Source: Candidatus Latescibacterota bacterium (GTDB taxonomy: Bacteria; Latescibacterota; UBA2968). Taken from it: a stretch of DNA of 64,000 nucleotides. A model generated the notes under the pieces. That model made no database searches. It worked only from the letters and a program-made list of their open reading frames with translations, and was not told the origin of the DNA. The translations under genes and the position numbers were made by a program. The DNA is taken from the NCBI GenBank assembly GCA_965207885.1, contig OZ242311.1:1280001-1344000 (forward strand), in the 5' to 3' direction. Positions 31,345 through 41,194 of the stretch are shown here, one piece after another; position 1 is the first letter of the stretch, and every line of letters begins with the position of its first letter.

Positions 31345-32409
31345 ATGAAACACCGCCTTCTCACCCTGTTCACACTTGGTATTGGCCTGCTCAGCACCCC
31401 TGCTTATGCAACGCCAGAAAGCCATGCCGCAGCCACTTTTTTGTTATTCGCACCATCGGCTCGCGCAGCGGGTATGGGCAATGCGTATGTCGCTATTGCC
31501 GATGACGCCAATGCCACGTACTACAATCCCGCCGCGCTGGCCTCATTACAAATTCACAGTCTCAGCACCACCCTTTACAAACCCGTTCCCCGACTGGCCA
31601 GCGACATCTTTTCGTCATTCGGTGCTTACACACACCCGTTTAGTGATATTGGCAATCTGGGATATAGCCTCATTTATAGTTCTTTGGGCGAACAACAACG
31701 CACCGATGAAGAGGGAAATCTTTTAGGTACATTTAAGAGCTACGGCATGGCCCTGGGCGTATCTTATGGCACGCATCTCTTCAAAAACCTGGCCCTGGGC
31801 ATCACAGTTAAATTCATCTATGAACATCTCTCCGACACAGGTGCAGGTATTGAGCAAGGCAAAGGTACAGCGACTTCTTTTGCCGGAGACATAGGTCTCA
31901 TGTGGGCAGCCACAGATCGGCTTAGCTTCGGCAGTGTGTTGCACAATGTTGGCCCAAACATGACTTTTATCGATGCCGATCAGGCAGATCCACTGCCACA
32001 AAATTTCGTTTTTGGCATTGCGTACAAAGTGATTAAAAACAACTCGTCTTCCCTGATGCTCACCGCTGATGTTTATAAACCCCTCGCCGCCGATGGTTTC
32101 TTTTCATTTATTTCCGGCTGGAATGACGACACCTTTGGTTGGAAGCCCAATCCGGGCGGCAATGGTTTTACGGAATTTGACGATATGGATTACCGCGTAG
32201 GTGCCGAATGGATGTACCAGCTTTCTGAAGATTCGGCTTTTGCTCTGCGCAGTGGCTATTCCTATGATAAAGACGGCAAACGCAATTTTCCCACCTTTGG
32301 GCTGGGCTTGAAATACAACTGGGCAAATTTCGATATCTCGTATTTTGTGCCGACAGAAGATACGCCTGCCAGCAATACATTCCGCTTCACGGGTGGATTT
32401 ATATTTTAA
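31345..32409 (+). CDS. PorV/PorQ family outer-membrane beta-barrel
   Basis: Signal peptide, FLLFAPSARAAGMGNAYVAIADDANATYYNPAAL, NVGP, DPLP and terminal Phe. Confidence 0.85.
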   Translation: MKHRLLTLFTLGIGLLSTPAYATPESHAAATFLLFAPSARAAGMGNAYVAIADDANATYYNPAALASLQIHSLSTTLYKPVPRLASDIFSSFGAYTHPFSDIGNLGYSLIYSSLGEQQRTDEEGNLLGTFKSYGMALGVSYGTHLFKNLALGITVKFIYEHLSDTGAGIEQGKGTATSFAGDIGLMWAATDRLSFGSVLHNVGPNMTFIDADQADPLPQNFVFGIAYKVIKNNSSSLMLTADVYKPLAADGFFSFISGWNDDTFGWKPNPGGNGFTEFDDMDYRVGAEWMYQLSEDSAFALRSGYSYDKDGKRNFPTFGLGLKYNWANFDISYFVPTEDTPASNTFRFTGGFIF

Positions 32410-32466
32410 TCCTCGCAGGTTCAGCAAACTGACTCTCTTTGCGACGAAGACATCAATTGAAATACA

Positions 32467-33810
32467 ATGCTAAATCTCTTGAGATATAATGCCAAACCTC
32501 GCCTTCTCGCGCTCGGTGCTGCCAGTTTGCTGAACTTCACGCTCTTAATTTCGCCTCTTTTCTCCCAAAATAGTAGTCCCCCCTCTTCGGATTTTAATGG
32601 CAATGGTGTCGTCGATTTCCCCGACTTCTTACTATTTGTCACCGCGTTTGGATCTCAAGCTGGTCAAGAGCGGTACGATGCGAAATACGATCTGGATGGA
32701 AATGGCGAGATTGCATTTGACGATTTTCTGTTATTTGTCGATAGCTTTGCGGCATCATCACAGCCACCACCCCCCAGCGATCCACGCCTGACGCGGATTG
32801 AACTACCTGAAGGATTCCACATTCGCATATACGCCGAAGGGGTAACAGGCGCTCGCTCGATGAGCCTCAGCCCAGACGGCACCCTGTTTGTCGGCACTCG
32901 CCCCAGCGGCCGCGTGTACGCACTGCGCGACGAAGACGGCGACCACAAAGCAGAGCGGGTCATCGTCCTCGCCCGCGGCCTGAATAACCCCAACGGCGTC
33001 GCCGTTAAAGATGGCGACCTGTACGTAGCCGAAATCAACCGCATCCTGCGCTATACCAATATCGAAGCACAACTCGACAACCCGCCGCAACCTGAAATCG
33101 TCAACGACGCTTTCCCCACGAATCGATCGCACGGCTGGAAGTTCATCCGCTTTGGTCCCGACGGTTTGCTGTACGTACCTGTCGGCGCGCCGTGCAACAT
33201 CTGCAATCGCGGAGACCCATACGCATCAATCGGAAGATTGGACACCAATAGCAACTTCAGCATCATAGCGCGGGGCATTCGCAACACAGTCGGCTTCGAT
33301 TGGCATCCGGAAACGGGTGAACTGTGGTTCACGGACAATGGAAGAGACAGAATGGGCGACGATGTACCACCGGACGAACTGAACAGAATAACCGCCAATG
33401 AACAGCACTTCGGCTATCCCTACTGCCACGGCACCAACATCGCCGATCCCGTATTCGGCGATCAGCGTAGCTGCGGCGAGTTCGTTGCGCCGGTCCAGAA
33501 TCTCGGCCCGCACGTAGCGGCTCTTGGAATGCGCTTCTACACCGGCGACATGTTTCCAGAGGAATACCGCAATCAAATCTTCATCGCCGAACACGGATCC
33601 TGGAATCGCAGCAGCAAAATCGGCTACCGCGTCACCCTGGTGCGCCTGAATGGCAATAGGGCGGTCAGCTACGAACCATTCGCAAAAGGCTGGCTTCAGG
33701 GCGAATCGAACTGGGGAAGGCCAGTCGATGTGCTCGTTATGCCCGACGGTTCCCTGCTGGTATCGGATGATCAGGCCGGTCTAATCTACCGCATCAGCTA
33801 TTCACACTGA
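32467..33810 (+). CDS. PQQ-dependent sugar/sorbosone dehydrogenase family protein with N-terminal dockerin-like paired EF-hand module
   Basis: Signal peptide, two DxNG/DxDG..DFLLF repeats and a Pro linker, then FGPDGLLYV.VGAPCN, GIRNTVG, AEHGSWN and GRPVDV. Confidence 0.85.
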   Translation: MLNLLRYNAKPRLLALGAASLLNFTLLISPLFSQNSSPPSSDFNGNGVVDFPDFLLFVTAFGSQAGQERYDAKYDLDGNGEIAFDDFLLFVDSFAASSQPPPPSDPRLTRIELPEGFHIRIYAEGVTGARSMSLSPDGTLFVGTRPSGRVYALRDEDGDHKAERVIVLARGLNNPNGVAVKDGDLYVAEINRILRYTNIEAQLDNPPQPEIVNDAFPTNRSHGWKFIRFGPDGLLYVPVGAPCNICNRGDPYASIGRLDTNSNFSIIARGIRNTVGFDWHPETGELWFTDNGRDRMGDDVPPDELNRITANEQHFGYPYCHGTNIADPVFGDQRSCGEFVAPVQNLGPHVAALGMRFYTGDMFPEEYRNQIFIAEHGSWNRSSKIGYRVTLVRLNGNRAVSYEPFAKGWLQGESNWGRPVDVLVMPDGSLLVSDDQAGLIYRISYSH

Positions 33811-33819
33811 TCTCGCATT

Positions 33820-36800
33820 ATGAATCTGAACAGACGCTTGACTATGACCCTCCTGCGCGGATGCTCAATCCTCCTGTATCTTATGGCTCTTTTTGTACAG
33901 CCCATTATGGCTGCGGATACCTATCGCTTCTTAGCCTTGCGCGTCTCCTTCCCCCCCGAAACCCCCGACAACGAAACCACCAGTGGAAACGGCACATTCG
34001 ATCTCAGCACATCCGAAAGTTCTGATCGCATCTATCCCTTTGATGCTCCCCCCCACGACCGCGCATATTTTGAAGCTCACCTGCAAGCTCTTTCCAATTA
34101 TTACCGCGACATATCCCAGGGACAACTGACCATCGAATACGATGTCTATCCACAAGATCCCACCGCGAGTTACGTCCTCGATACCCCCTTGATCGAATAC
34201 GGCAATGGACGCACGAGGCGCGAAATAAATGAGCGCGTCACGCGGCTCTTTCGGGATGGCATTCGCGCTGCAGATGCCGCAGATGGTACAACCATAGATT
34301 TCTCAAAATATCGCGCCTTTGCAGTATTTCACGCGGGACTCGGCGGAGAAGCAGGTCAAAAACTCAACGACATACCCTCGGCTTTTATTTTTCAACGCGA
34401 CCTCATCGAGTTCGCCGACGGCGCGATTGCCGTCAACAACGGAGCTTTTCAGGTGGCATCGGGCATGCTATTGCCCGAAGCCATCAGCACAAACGGTCGG
34501 GGCGGTCTCAATGGCACGCTCGCCCGATTTTTTGCCTCGCAACTCGGCTTGCCCGGTCTTTCGGACTTTGAAAACGATCTGCCCGCCATTGGCGACTGGA
34601 GTTTGATGGATACAGGCGCCAACAATCAAATTGACGCCGCGCGGCTGGGTCTCCAACCCCTGAGAAACGATCCCGAATCCACCAGCACAAATTTGATCGG
34701 ATTTTTGCCCAGTCGCATGACGGCCTGGTCTCGCATGCAACTCGGCTGGCTCGAACCACTCGAGATCACCCACAACGACACTGTAGAAATCGCTGCATCC
34801 GGCAGCGCGTCCGATCTTCCGCAGGCTATTCGCGTCCCCATCAGCGCCACGGAATACTTCCTGATCGAAAATCGCATCTCGCGCCTCAATATTGAAAATC
34901 GCATCCCACAAATCGAATTTTCCACCCCTCATAATGTCTGGCTTTCCGCAGACGACTACGATGCGTTTATACCTGGCTCGGGCATTCTCATCTACCACAT
35001 TGACGATGCGATTATTCGAGCCAGCGACGCAGAAAAACACATCAACAGCCACCCCGATTACAAAATTGCACCTGCTCAATATCGCCGCGGCATTGCTCTC
35101 GAAGAAGCCGATGGCTTGCAAGACATCGGCAATGTATCGGCCAGCCGCATCATTCAAGCTGGTATCATCTCATTAAGCAGTATCGAAGGCGCGCCAGAAG
35201 ACGCCTTTTACGTGGGCAACAACGCCTTATTTGGTCCCGATACCTCGCCAAATACCCGCAGCAATTTGGGCTATGAAAGCGGCATAACCATCGAAGTGCT
35301 CAGTCCACCCGGTGAAGTAATGACGGTTGCAATCCGTTTTGCCAATCGGCTGGACAACTGGCCGATTACAGACTTGAATCCCACGCGAGAGTCGCCCCGC
35401 GTCATCGACCTCGATAGAGATGGAATCAAAGAAATCCTTCACAGTTCTGGCGCGTGGAAAATCGCGGGTGAACAGCACAGCCTGGACGGCCTGCCTTTGG
35501 CATTTGCCACAACCCCTGCAATTGGCGACCTGAAAGAACTTGAATTCATCTATCATCGCGAAGAAACAACCCGAACGCACTGGCGTCCCAGTGGTACAGT
35601 CCACGAAACCGTCGATATCAATCCTCCTTCATCTTTTTCCACAACACCCGTCATAGCAAAATTCCCCACAATCGCTGTCGATATCTGGGGATGGAGCGAT
35701 GGGAAAATCGAATGGGGCAATTTTCTATCTGAAATCGCGGGCAACATCGCCCTGAGCGACGCCATACAATCGCTCGCCGTGGGCAATATCGACAGCGATT
35801 CGGACAATGAACTCATCGCCATTACCAGCAGTGCTCAGATCCACCTCATTCACGACACTGGTCAATCCACGCCACTCGCCACATTTGCGTCTCCCATCAT
35901 CGGCGGCCCGGCAATAGGCGACCTCGACCGCGATGGCAATGACGACATTGCAGTCGTCACAGCAGACGGCATCCTCTCCATCCTCGACGCCAACGGCCTC
36001 GCCTTTGCAAGCGACCCCGTGCCCGGCGGCGCGCATTCACCCCCTGTTGTCGCCGACCTCGACCGGGACGGATTTATCGAAGTCCTCTTTGGCGGCAACG
36101 GCAAACTCTATCTCTATCGCTTCAACGCCATCTTGCAAACCGAAGGCGCACTCGCCCTCCCGATAAAAGACGGCGCCGGCCCCATTGAAGCACCGCCCAT
36201 TCTCGCCGACATCAATAACGACACAACCCCCGATATTTTCGCGGGTACACGCGGTGGCCTCCTCTACGGACTGACCGCCGAAGGACATACTCTACCGGGC
36301 TTTCCCCTATTGGTACCCGGCCCCATTCTCTCATCGCCACTTATCGACGACCTTGACAACGACAGCACCCTGGAACTCATTATCTATACAGCTAACGGCA
36401 GTATGCACCTCTTTCATCTGGAAACAATTGACCCATCTTATACTGGCAACAAAATTATCTGGGGGCAACTCGGAGGAGGACCGGGCAACGCGGGAAAATT
36501 GCTCCAACAGCCTCTCGAAATCGCAACCCCAACAGACACCTCGCTTTTACCTGCGGCGCGAGCATACCTCTACCCCAACCCGATCCGCAATGGCGACAGG
36601 GCGCGCATCCGCTTTTTTTTATTAGAACCCGCCGAAATCAGTATGACCATTTACAACCCCCTCGGTGAAAAGATCGCCGACCTCACACACGACAATCCCA
36701 TGCCCAATACCGACAACGAAATCGCCTGGGATGTAGCCGATTACGCCAGCGGCCTATATATTTGTCGCCTACAAGCGAGCAATAGCACGCGCACAGAGGT

Positions 36801-36831
36801 GCGATTTATCAAAGCCGCGATAATTAAATAA
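33820..36831 (+). CDS. Secreted protein: M6 (immune inhibitor A)-like domain lacking HExxH, FG-GAP repeats and T9SS type-A-like CTD
   Basis: FHAG, IGDWSLMD, AWSRMQLGW, EYFLIENR and SGILIYHID. DLDRDG repeats. C-terminal YPNP..SGLYICRL. Confidence 0.8.
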   Translation: MNLNRRLTMTLLRGCSILLYLMALFVQPIMAADTYRFLALRVSFPPETPDNETTSGNGTFDLSTSESSDRIYPFDAPPHDRAYFEAHLQALSNYYRDISQGQLTIEYDVYPQDPTASYVLDTPLIEYGNGRTRREINERVTRLFRDGIRAADAADGTTIDFSKYRAFAVFHAGLGGEAGQKLNDIPSAFIFQRDLIEFADGAIAVNNGAFQVASGMLLPEAISTNGRGGLNGTLARFFASQLGLPGLSDFENDLPAIGDWSLMDTGANNQIDAARLGLQPLRNDPESTSTNLIGFLPSRMTAWSRMQLGWLEPLEITHNDTVEIAASGSASDLPQAIRVPISATEYFLIENRISRLNIENRIPQIEFSTPHNVWLSADDYDAFIPGSGILIYHIDDAIIRASDAEKHINSHPDYKIAPAQYRRGIALEEADGLQDIGNVSASRIIQAGIISLSSIEGAPEDAFYVGNNALFGPDTSPNTRSNLGYESGITIEVLSPPGEVMTVAIRFANRLDNWPITDLNPTRESPRVIDLDRDGIKEILHSSGAWKIAGEQHSLDGLPLAFATTPAIGDLKELEFIYHREETTRTHWRPSGTVHETVDINPPSSFSTTPVIAKFPTIAVDIWGWSDGKIEWGNFLSEIAGNIALSDAIQSLAVGNIDSDSDNELIAITSSAQIHLIHDTGQSTPLATFASPIIGGPAIGDLDRDGNDDIAVVTADGILSILDANGLAFASDPVPGGAHSPPVVADLDRDGFIEVLFGGNGKLYLYRFNAILQTEGALALPIKDGAGPIEAPPILADINNDTTPDIFAGTRGGLLYGLTAEGHTLPGFPLLVPGPILSSPLIDDLDNDSTLELIIYTANGSMHLFHLETIDPSYTGNKIIWGQLGGGPGNAGKLLQQPLEIATPTDTSLLPAARAYLYPNPIRNGDRARIRFFLLEPAEISMTIYNPLGEKIADLTHDNPMPNTDNEIAWDVADYASGLYICRLQASNSTRTEVRFIKAAIIK

Positions 36832-36836
36832 ACACC

Positions 36837-39800
36837 ATGTCTCACAAACTCACACAAACGATTCTCATTCTCCTGGCCCTGAGCACACAGGTACTCGCGC
36901 AATTTGACGCCAATCATCCCGAACTGAACTGGCGCGTCATTGAAACCGAACACTTCAAAGTCTATTACCATCAGGGTCTGGAAAAACTGGCTCCGCGTGC
37001 TGCCCAGGTCGCCGAAGACGCGTACGGCCCAATCGCGTCCTTTTACAATTTTGACCCCGACAGCAAAGTCCGCATCATCCTCAAAGACACCGAAGATTAT
37101 GCCAATGGCGCGGCGTATTATTACCACAACACCATCGAAATCTGGGTCTCCAACCTCGACTTTGCACTGCGCGGCAGTACAGATTGGCTCCCAAATGTGA
37201 TAACGCACGAATTGACGCACATCATCGCCCTTCAACTCGCCCGAAAATCCTCGCGGCGCATCCCCGCCATCTTCGTCAACTACCTGCAATATCAGGGTGA
37301 AGGCAAACGCGACGACATCCTCGCTGGCTACCCCAATGTCCTGGCTGCTTACGCCATTCCAGCCACCATCATTCCACCCTGGTTTGCCGAAGGGACGGCG
37401 CAATACATGGCACCGGGCGCACAACACGACCGCTGGGACTCGCACCGCGATATGATCTTGCGCCAGGCCACGCGCAATGGGAGCTTGCTCACCCGCGACG
37501 AAATGTCTGTCTTTGGCGCGAAAACAGGTCTCGGATTTGAAAAAGTATATGACCACGGCTATTCGCTCACCCTCTTTATTGTCGATACCTTTGGGCGCGA
37601 CAAACTCCCCGAATTATATCGGCAAATGAAAGTCTGGTGGCGCACGGATTTCGGCGGCGCAATCCGCGCAACTCTGGGCATCTCTGCAAGCGAATTGCAC
37701 ACGCGCTGGGTCGCATCGCTCAAAAAACGCTATGCGGATCAAAACGCACAGATCGAAACCAACCCCGCACAGGGCGACCTCATCCGCGACGATGGCTACC
37801 TCAACCTGCACCCCCGCTGGTCGCCCGATGGCACAAAACTCGCCTACCTCTCCAATAAAGGACGCGATTATGGGCGCACGAGTTTGATGGTCTATACCCT
37901 CGCCGACAGTAGCGTGGAACTCGCCGCTCCCAGCGCGGTTACAGCCTTTGACTGGTCAACCGATGGCGAGCAATTCCTCTACGCGCGCCACAGCCAACCC
38001 AACAAATATGGCGGGCGGCAATGGGACCTCTACACCATAGATCCCAAAGCCTCGAAATCGAGCCTGTTTCAAAATGTCAAAACCGCCATTGGCCTCGCGC
38101 GTGCCACCCTCCCCGGAGAAACGCGTCTCAGCACCGGCTCGCGCGGCATTCACCCGACCTATTCCCCAGACGGAACGCAAATTGCGTTTGTCAAAAATGG
38201 TGGAGGTAACACCAACCTCTGTATCCTCGACATTGCAGCAGACACCATTCGCTACCTCACATCCTTCGACGATGGCTCACAGGTTGCCACCCCGTGCTGG
38301 TCGCCCGATGGATCGCAAATCGCATTCTCGCTCTACCGAATCAGCACCTCGCGGGATATCGCCACCATTTCCACAACAGGTGGCGATTACACAGTGCGCG
38401 TTGCCTCCCGCGAAACCGATCGCGACCCGTGCTGGACACCCGATGGATCATCCCTCGTATTTGCCTCTGATCAAGACGGCATCTTCAACCTGTATCGCGC
38501 CAATCTATCCAGCGGCACAATAGACCGCCTCACCCGCGTGTACGGCGGTGCATTTCAACCCCACGTGCATCCAGATGGCGACCGCATCGCCTATGCCCAC
38601 TACGGCAAAAACGCCTACGAAATTCGCGTTATCTCCCAGCCGTTAAATGAACCCGTGGCGAGCAACATCTTTCAGGTTAACCCCTTCGCAGCCACAACGC
38701 CCAAACCCGCAATAGCGAGCCGCCCATACAAAAATGAATTTTCATCCACCACCATACTTCCGCGTCTGGCAATCGACAGCGGCAAACTCAAACTCGGCGC
38801 CATAGCGGGATCCGACGACGTCTTGCGAAAACAAACCTTTTTCATCAGTGGCCTGCTTGCCCACGACCTGGATATGGACCTGTACGCGCTTTACGAATAC
38901 CGCAAAAAACGGCCCACCTTTTTTCTCGAAGCCTATCGCATATCGCGCCACGTTGAAGAAGATATAATCAGCCGCGACGAAGACTTCCGCATCTACAACC
39001 GCACCTTCGCGCTGACGGGCATTGAAATAGGCGGCAAATACACCCTGAGACGCGGCGGTACGATCGACGCTCGTCTCGTGTATCATCGCACGGGCGCAGT
39101 TCTGGATCAAGCGCGGTTCAACGGCCTCAATCGCGACATAGTCGGTGCCACAACCCTCAATGGGTTCGACCTCGCCCTCACCTATCGTCTCAATGCCATA
39201 GGCCGCTCGCGCGACTCGGAAATCAACCCCCGATCCGGACGCCGTCTCGCGCTGCGTTACGACCGCTATTTCAACTGGTTCATCAGCGGCTTTGAGGAAA
39301 ACACCTCGCTAATTATCGAAACCTACGACCGCTATTTCTACAATCAGCTATCCCTCGACTGGAACGAATTTATCCCGGTTGCTCCCGGCCGCAGTGCGCT
39401 GAGTTTCCGCTTTTTTGGCGGCATAATCGACAGCGAAGTTGACGATACCTTTGACTTCTTCCTCGGTGGCTTGCCCGGCATGAAAGGATATACGTTTTAC
39501 AGCCTGGAAGGCCGCCGCGCCCTGATGTTGCGGTCGGCTTATCGCTTTCCCTTATGGTCGCGCATTGATCGACAAACCGGCCCGATCTACTCCGACCAAC
39601 TCTACGGCGCATTCTTTGCCGGAATCGCCCGCGCCTGGGATGGCACATCCGACGATGCAATACTCAAACGCGGCTGGAAACGCGAACTGGGCACGCAATT
39701 GCGCTACGACGCCACCTCGTTTTATCTTTTTCCCACACGCGCCAGCCTCGACGTAGCCTATGGCTTTGACCATGTGCCTTTGCAACGGGCTGGCGATCCA

Positions 39801-39878
39801 CTTGAACGAAGCGGCTTGAAGATTTATTTTACATTGTTATTTGGATTTGTTACAGATGTTGGGAAAGGCAACTTTTAG
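36837..39878 (+). CDS. Zincin (HExxH) + PD40/TolB beta-propeller + C-terminal Omp85-like barrel protein
   Basis: WRVIETEHFKVYY, THELTH, PPWFAEG, repeated P.WSPDG, LGGLPGMKGY loop and barrel-like C-terminus. Confidence 0.8.
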   Translation: MSHKLTQTILILLALSTQVLAQFDANHPELNWRVIETEHFKVYYHQGLEKLAPRAAQVAEDAYGPIASFYNFDPDSKVRIILKDTEDYANGAAYYYHNTIEIWVSNLDFALRGSTDWLPNVITHELTHIIALQLARKSSRRIPAIFVNYLQYQGEGKRDDILAGYPNVLAAYAIPATIIPPWFAEGTAQYMAPGAQHDRWDSHRDMILRQATRNGSLLTRDEMSVFGAKTGLGFEKVYDHGYSLTLFIVDTFGRDKLPELYRQMKVWWRTDFGGAIRATLGISASELHTRWVASLKKRYADQNAQIETNPAQGDLIRDDGYLNLHPRWSPDGTKLAYLSNKGRDYGRTSLMVYTLADSSVELAAPSAVTAFDWSTDGEQFLYARHSQPNKYGGRQWDLYTIDPKASKSSLFQNVKTAIGLARATLPGETRLSTGSRGIHPTYSPDGTQIAFVKNGGGNTNLCILDIAADTIRYLTSFDDGSQVATPCWSPDGSQIAFSLYRISTSRDIATISTTGGDYTVRVASRETDRDPCWTPDGSSLVFASDQDGIFNLYRANLSSGTIDRLTRVYGGAFQPHVHPDGDRIAYAHYGKNAYEIRVISQPLNEPVASNIFQVNPFAATTPKPAIASRPYKNEFSSTTILPRLAIDSGKLKLGAIAGSDDVLRKQTFFISGLLAHDLDMDLYALYEYRKKRPTFFLEAYRISRHVEEDIISRDEDFRIYNRTFALTGIEIGGKYTLRRGGTIDARLVYHRTGAVLDQARFNGLNRDIVGATTLNGFDLALTYRLNAIGRSRDSEINPRSGRRLALRYDRYFNWFISGFEENTSLIIETYDRYFYNQLSLDWNEFIPVAPGRSALSFRFFGGIIDSEVDDTFDFFLGGLPGMKGYTFYSLEGRRALMLRSAYRFPLWSRIDRQTGPIYSDQLYGAFFAGIARAWDGTSDDAILKRGWKRELGTQLRYDATSFYLFPTRASLDVAYGFDHVPLQRAGDPLERSGLKIYFTLLFGFVTDVGKGNF

Positions 39879-39892
39879 CCAAAGGACTCCCC

Positions 39893-40564
39893 ATGCGAAA
39901 ATTCACACTCTGCACCCTTGTTTTCGCGCTCATGTGCGGACAGGCCGCTGCGGAAAAATCGCCTAAAACGGCCTTCTTTCTCTCACTACTTGTACCGGGT
40001 CTGGGTGAATTATATGCCGGGGCCAAAATACGCGCAGTCGGGTTTATGGGCGCAGAAGCCCTCACCTGGACCGCTTATGTTTCATGGCGGGGCAAAGGCA
40101 ATGACATTAAGGAAGAATTTCGAGCGTATGCCGATCGGCATTGGCGGGAAGCGCGGTACAGCGCCTGGCGGGAATGGAACAAAACTCAGCCCGAGCCATA
40201 TCACGAAACCCACGCCCTGCCCTCCAAAAGCGAAGACACGCAGCAGTATTACGAACTCATTGGCAAATACCATCAATTTGTCTATGGCTGGGACGATGTG
40301 ACGGCTGACTTTTCCACCGATAACAAGAACGTGCCATCGTCACGCAGACTGGACTATGAAACCCGTCGCAACGACAGCAACAAATACCTCAAACGCGCGT
40401 CTGTTGTCACAGGCCTGGCCGTACTCAACCACATTGCCAGTGCCATACACGCCTCGGCCTATACGCGCACACTGCAAAAACAGACCGGGCCGAGCTTGTG
40501 GATCGACATCACGCCGGTTGATAGCCATGGACGGTCCATGGTCGAATTGAAAACGAGATTTTAG
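39893..40564 (+). CDS. Exported/membrane hypothetical protein (DUF5683/TM2-like)
   Basis: Signal peptide, KSPKTAFFLSLLVPGLGELYAG and QQYYELIGKY. Confidence 0.7.
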   Translation: MRKFTLCTLVFALMCGQAAAEKSPKTAFFLSLLVPGLGELYAGAKIRAVGFMGAEALTWTAYVSWRGKGNDIKEEFRAYADRHWREARYSAWREWNKTQPEPYHETHALPSKSEDTQQYYELIGKYHQFVYGWDDVTADFSTDNKNVPSSRRLDYETRRNDSNKYLKRASVVTGLAVLNHIASAIHASAYTRTLQKQTGPSLWIDITPVDSHGRSMVELKTRF

Positions 40565-40568
40565 CATC

Positions 40569-41192
40569 ATGAAAACACCATCCCAAATCCTGATCGTCTG
40601 CGCCTGTTTGCTCACGCCATCTGTCGCATTTGCCCAAGAAGCGAAATCACCCCAAAAAGCCGCCTTTTTGTCGGTTCTTTTACCCGGTTTGGGCGAGCGG
40701 TATGCGGGCGGGCGAAAATCCGCGAAATTTTTTCTCTTCACCGAAGGCATGTTCTGGACGGGCGTATTTGCATTTAAAAAACTCAACACCACGCGAGAAA
40801 ACACCTTCCGCGCCTATGCCGCGGCACGCGCTGGTGCAACCACGGAGGAAAAACCCAACTCTCACTACGACCGCCTGTCCAGTTACAACAGCATCTACGA
40901 CTACAATGCCCGATTGCAATACGTCGAGGGCACATCGGTCACCCCACTGCCAGAAACACCCGAAAACTTTTGGGAATGGGACACACCGTCTTCCCGCGAA
41001 CACTTTCGAGAACTGCGAAGCAAAGCCACCTGGGCGCGCACACGCAGTTTTCTCTTCGTGGGCGCACTCATCTTCAATCGCTTTGCCAGCGCGTTAAACG
41101 CCGCCAGCATCGCCGCCAAAACCCGTCCTATTGCAACAGTCTCCCCCAATACCTCTGGGGACTTACAGGTGAGACTCTCAGTCTGGTTTTGA
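40569..41192 (+). CDS. Paralogue of the preceding protein
   Basis: Signal peptide, KSPQKAAFLSVLLPGLGERYAG and NRFASALNA. Confidence 0.7.
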   Translation: MKTPSQILIVCACLLTPSVAFAQEAKSPQKAAFLSVLLPGLGERYAGGRKSAKFFLFTEGMFWTGVFAFKKLNTTRENTFRAYAAARAGATTEEKPNSHYDRLSSYNSIYDYNARLQYVEGTSVTPLPETPENFWEWDTPSSREHFRELRSKATWARTRSFLFVGALIFNRFASALNAASIAAKTRPIATVSPNTSGDLQVRLSVWF

Positions 41193-41194
41193 CA

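Noticed and set aside
40970-41194. N-terminal extension of the 583-aa ORF
   Set aside because: It overlaps the upstream gene. The signal peptide begins at ATG 41195.
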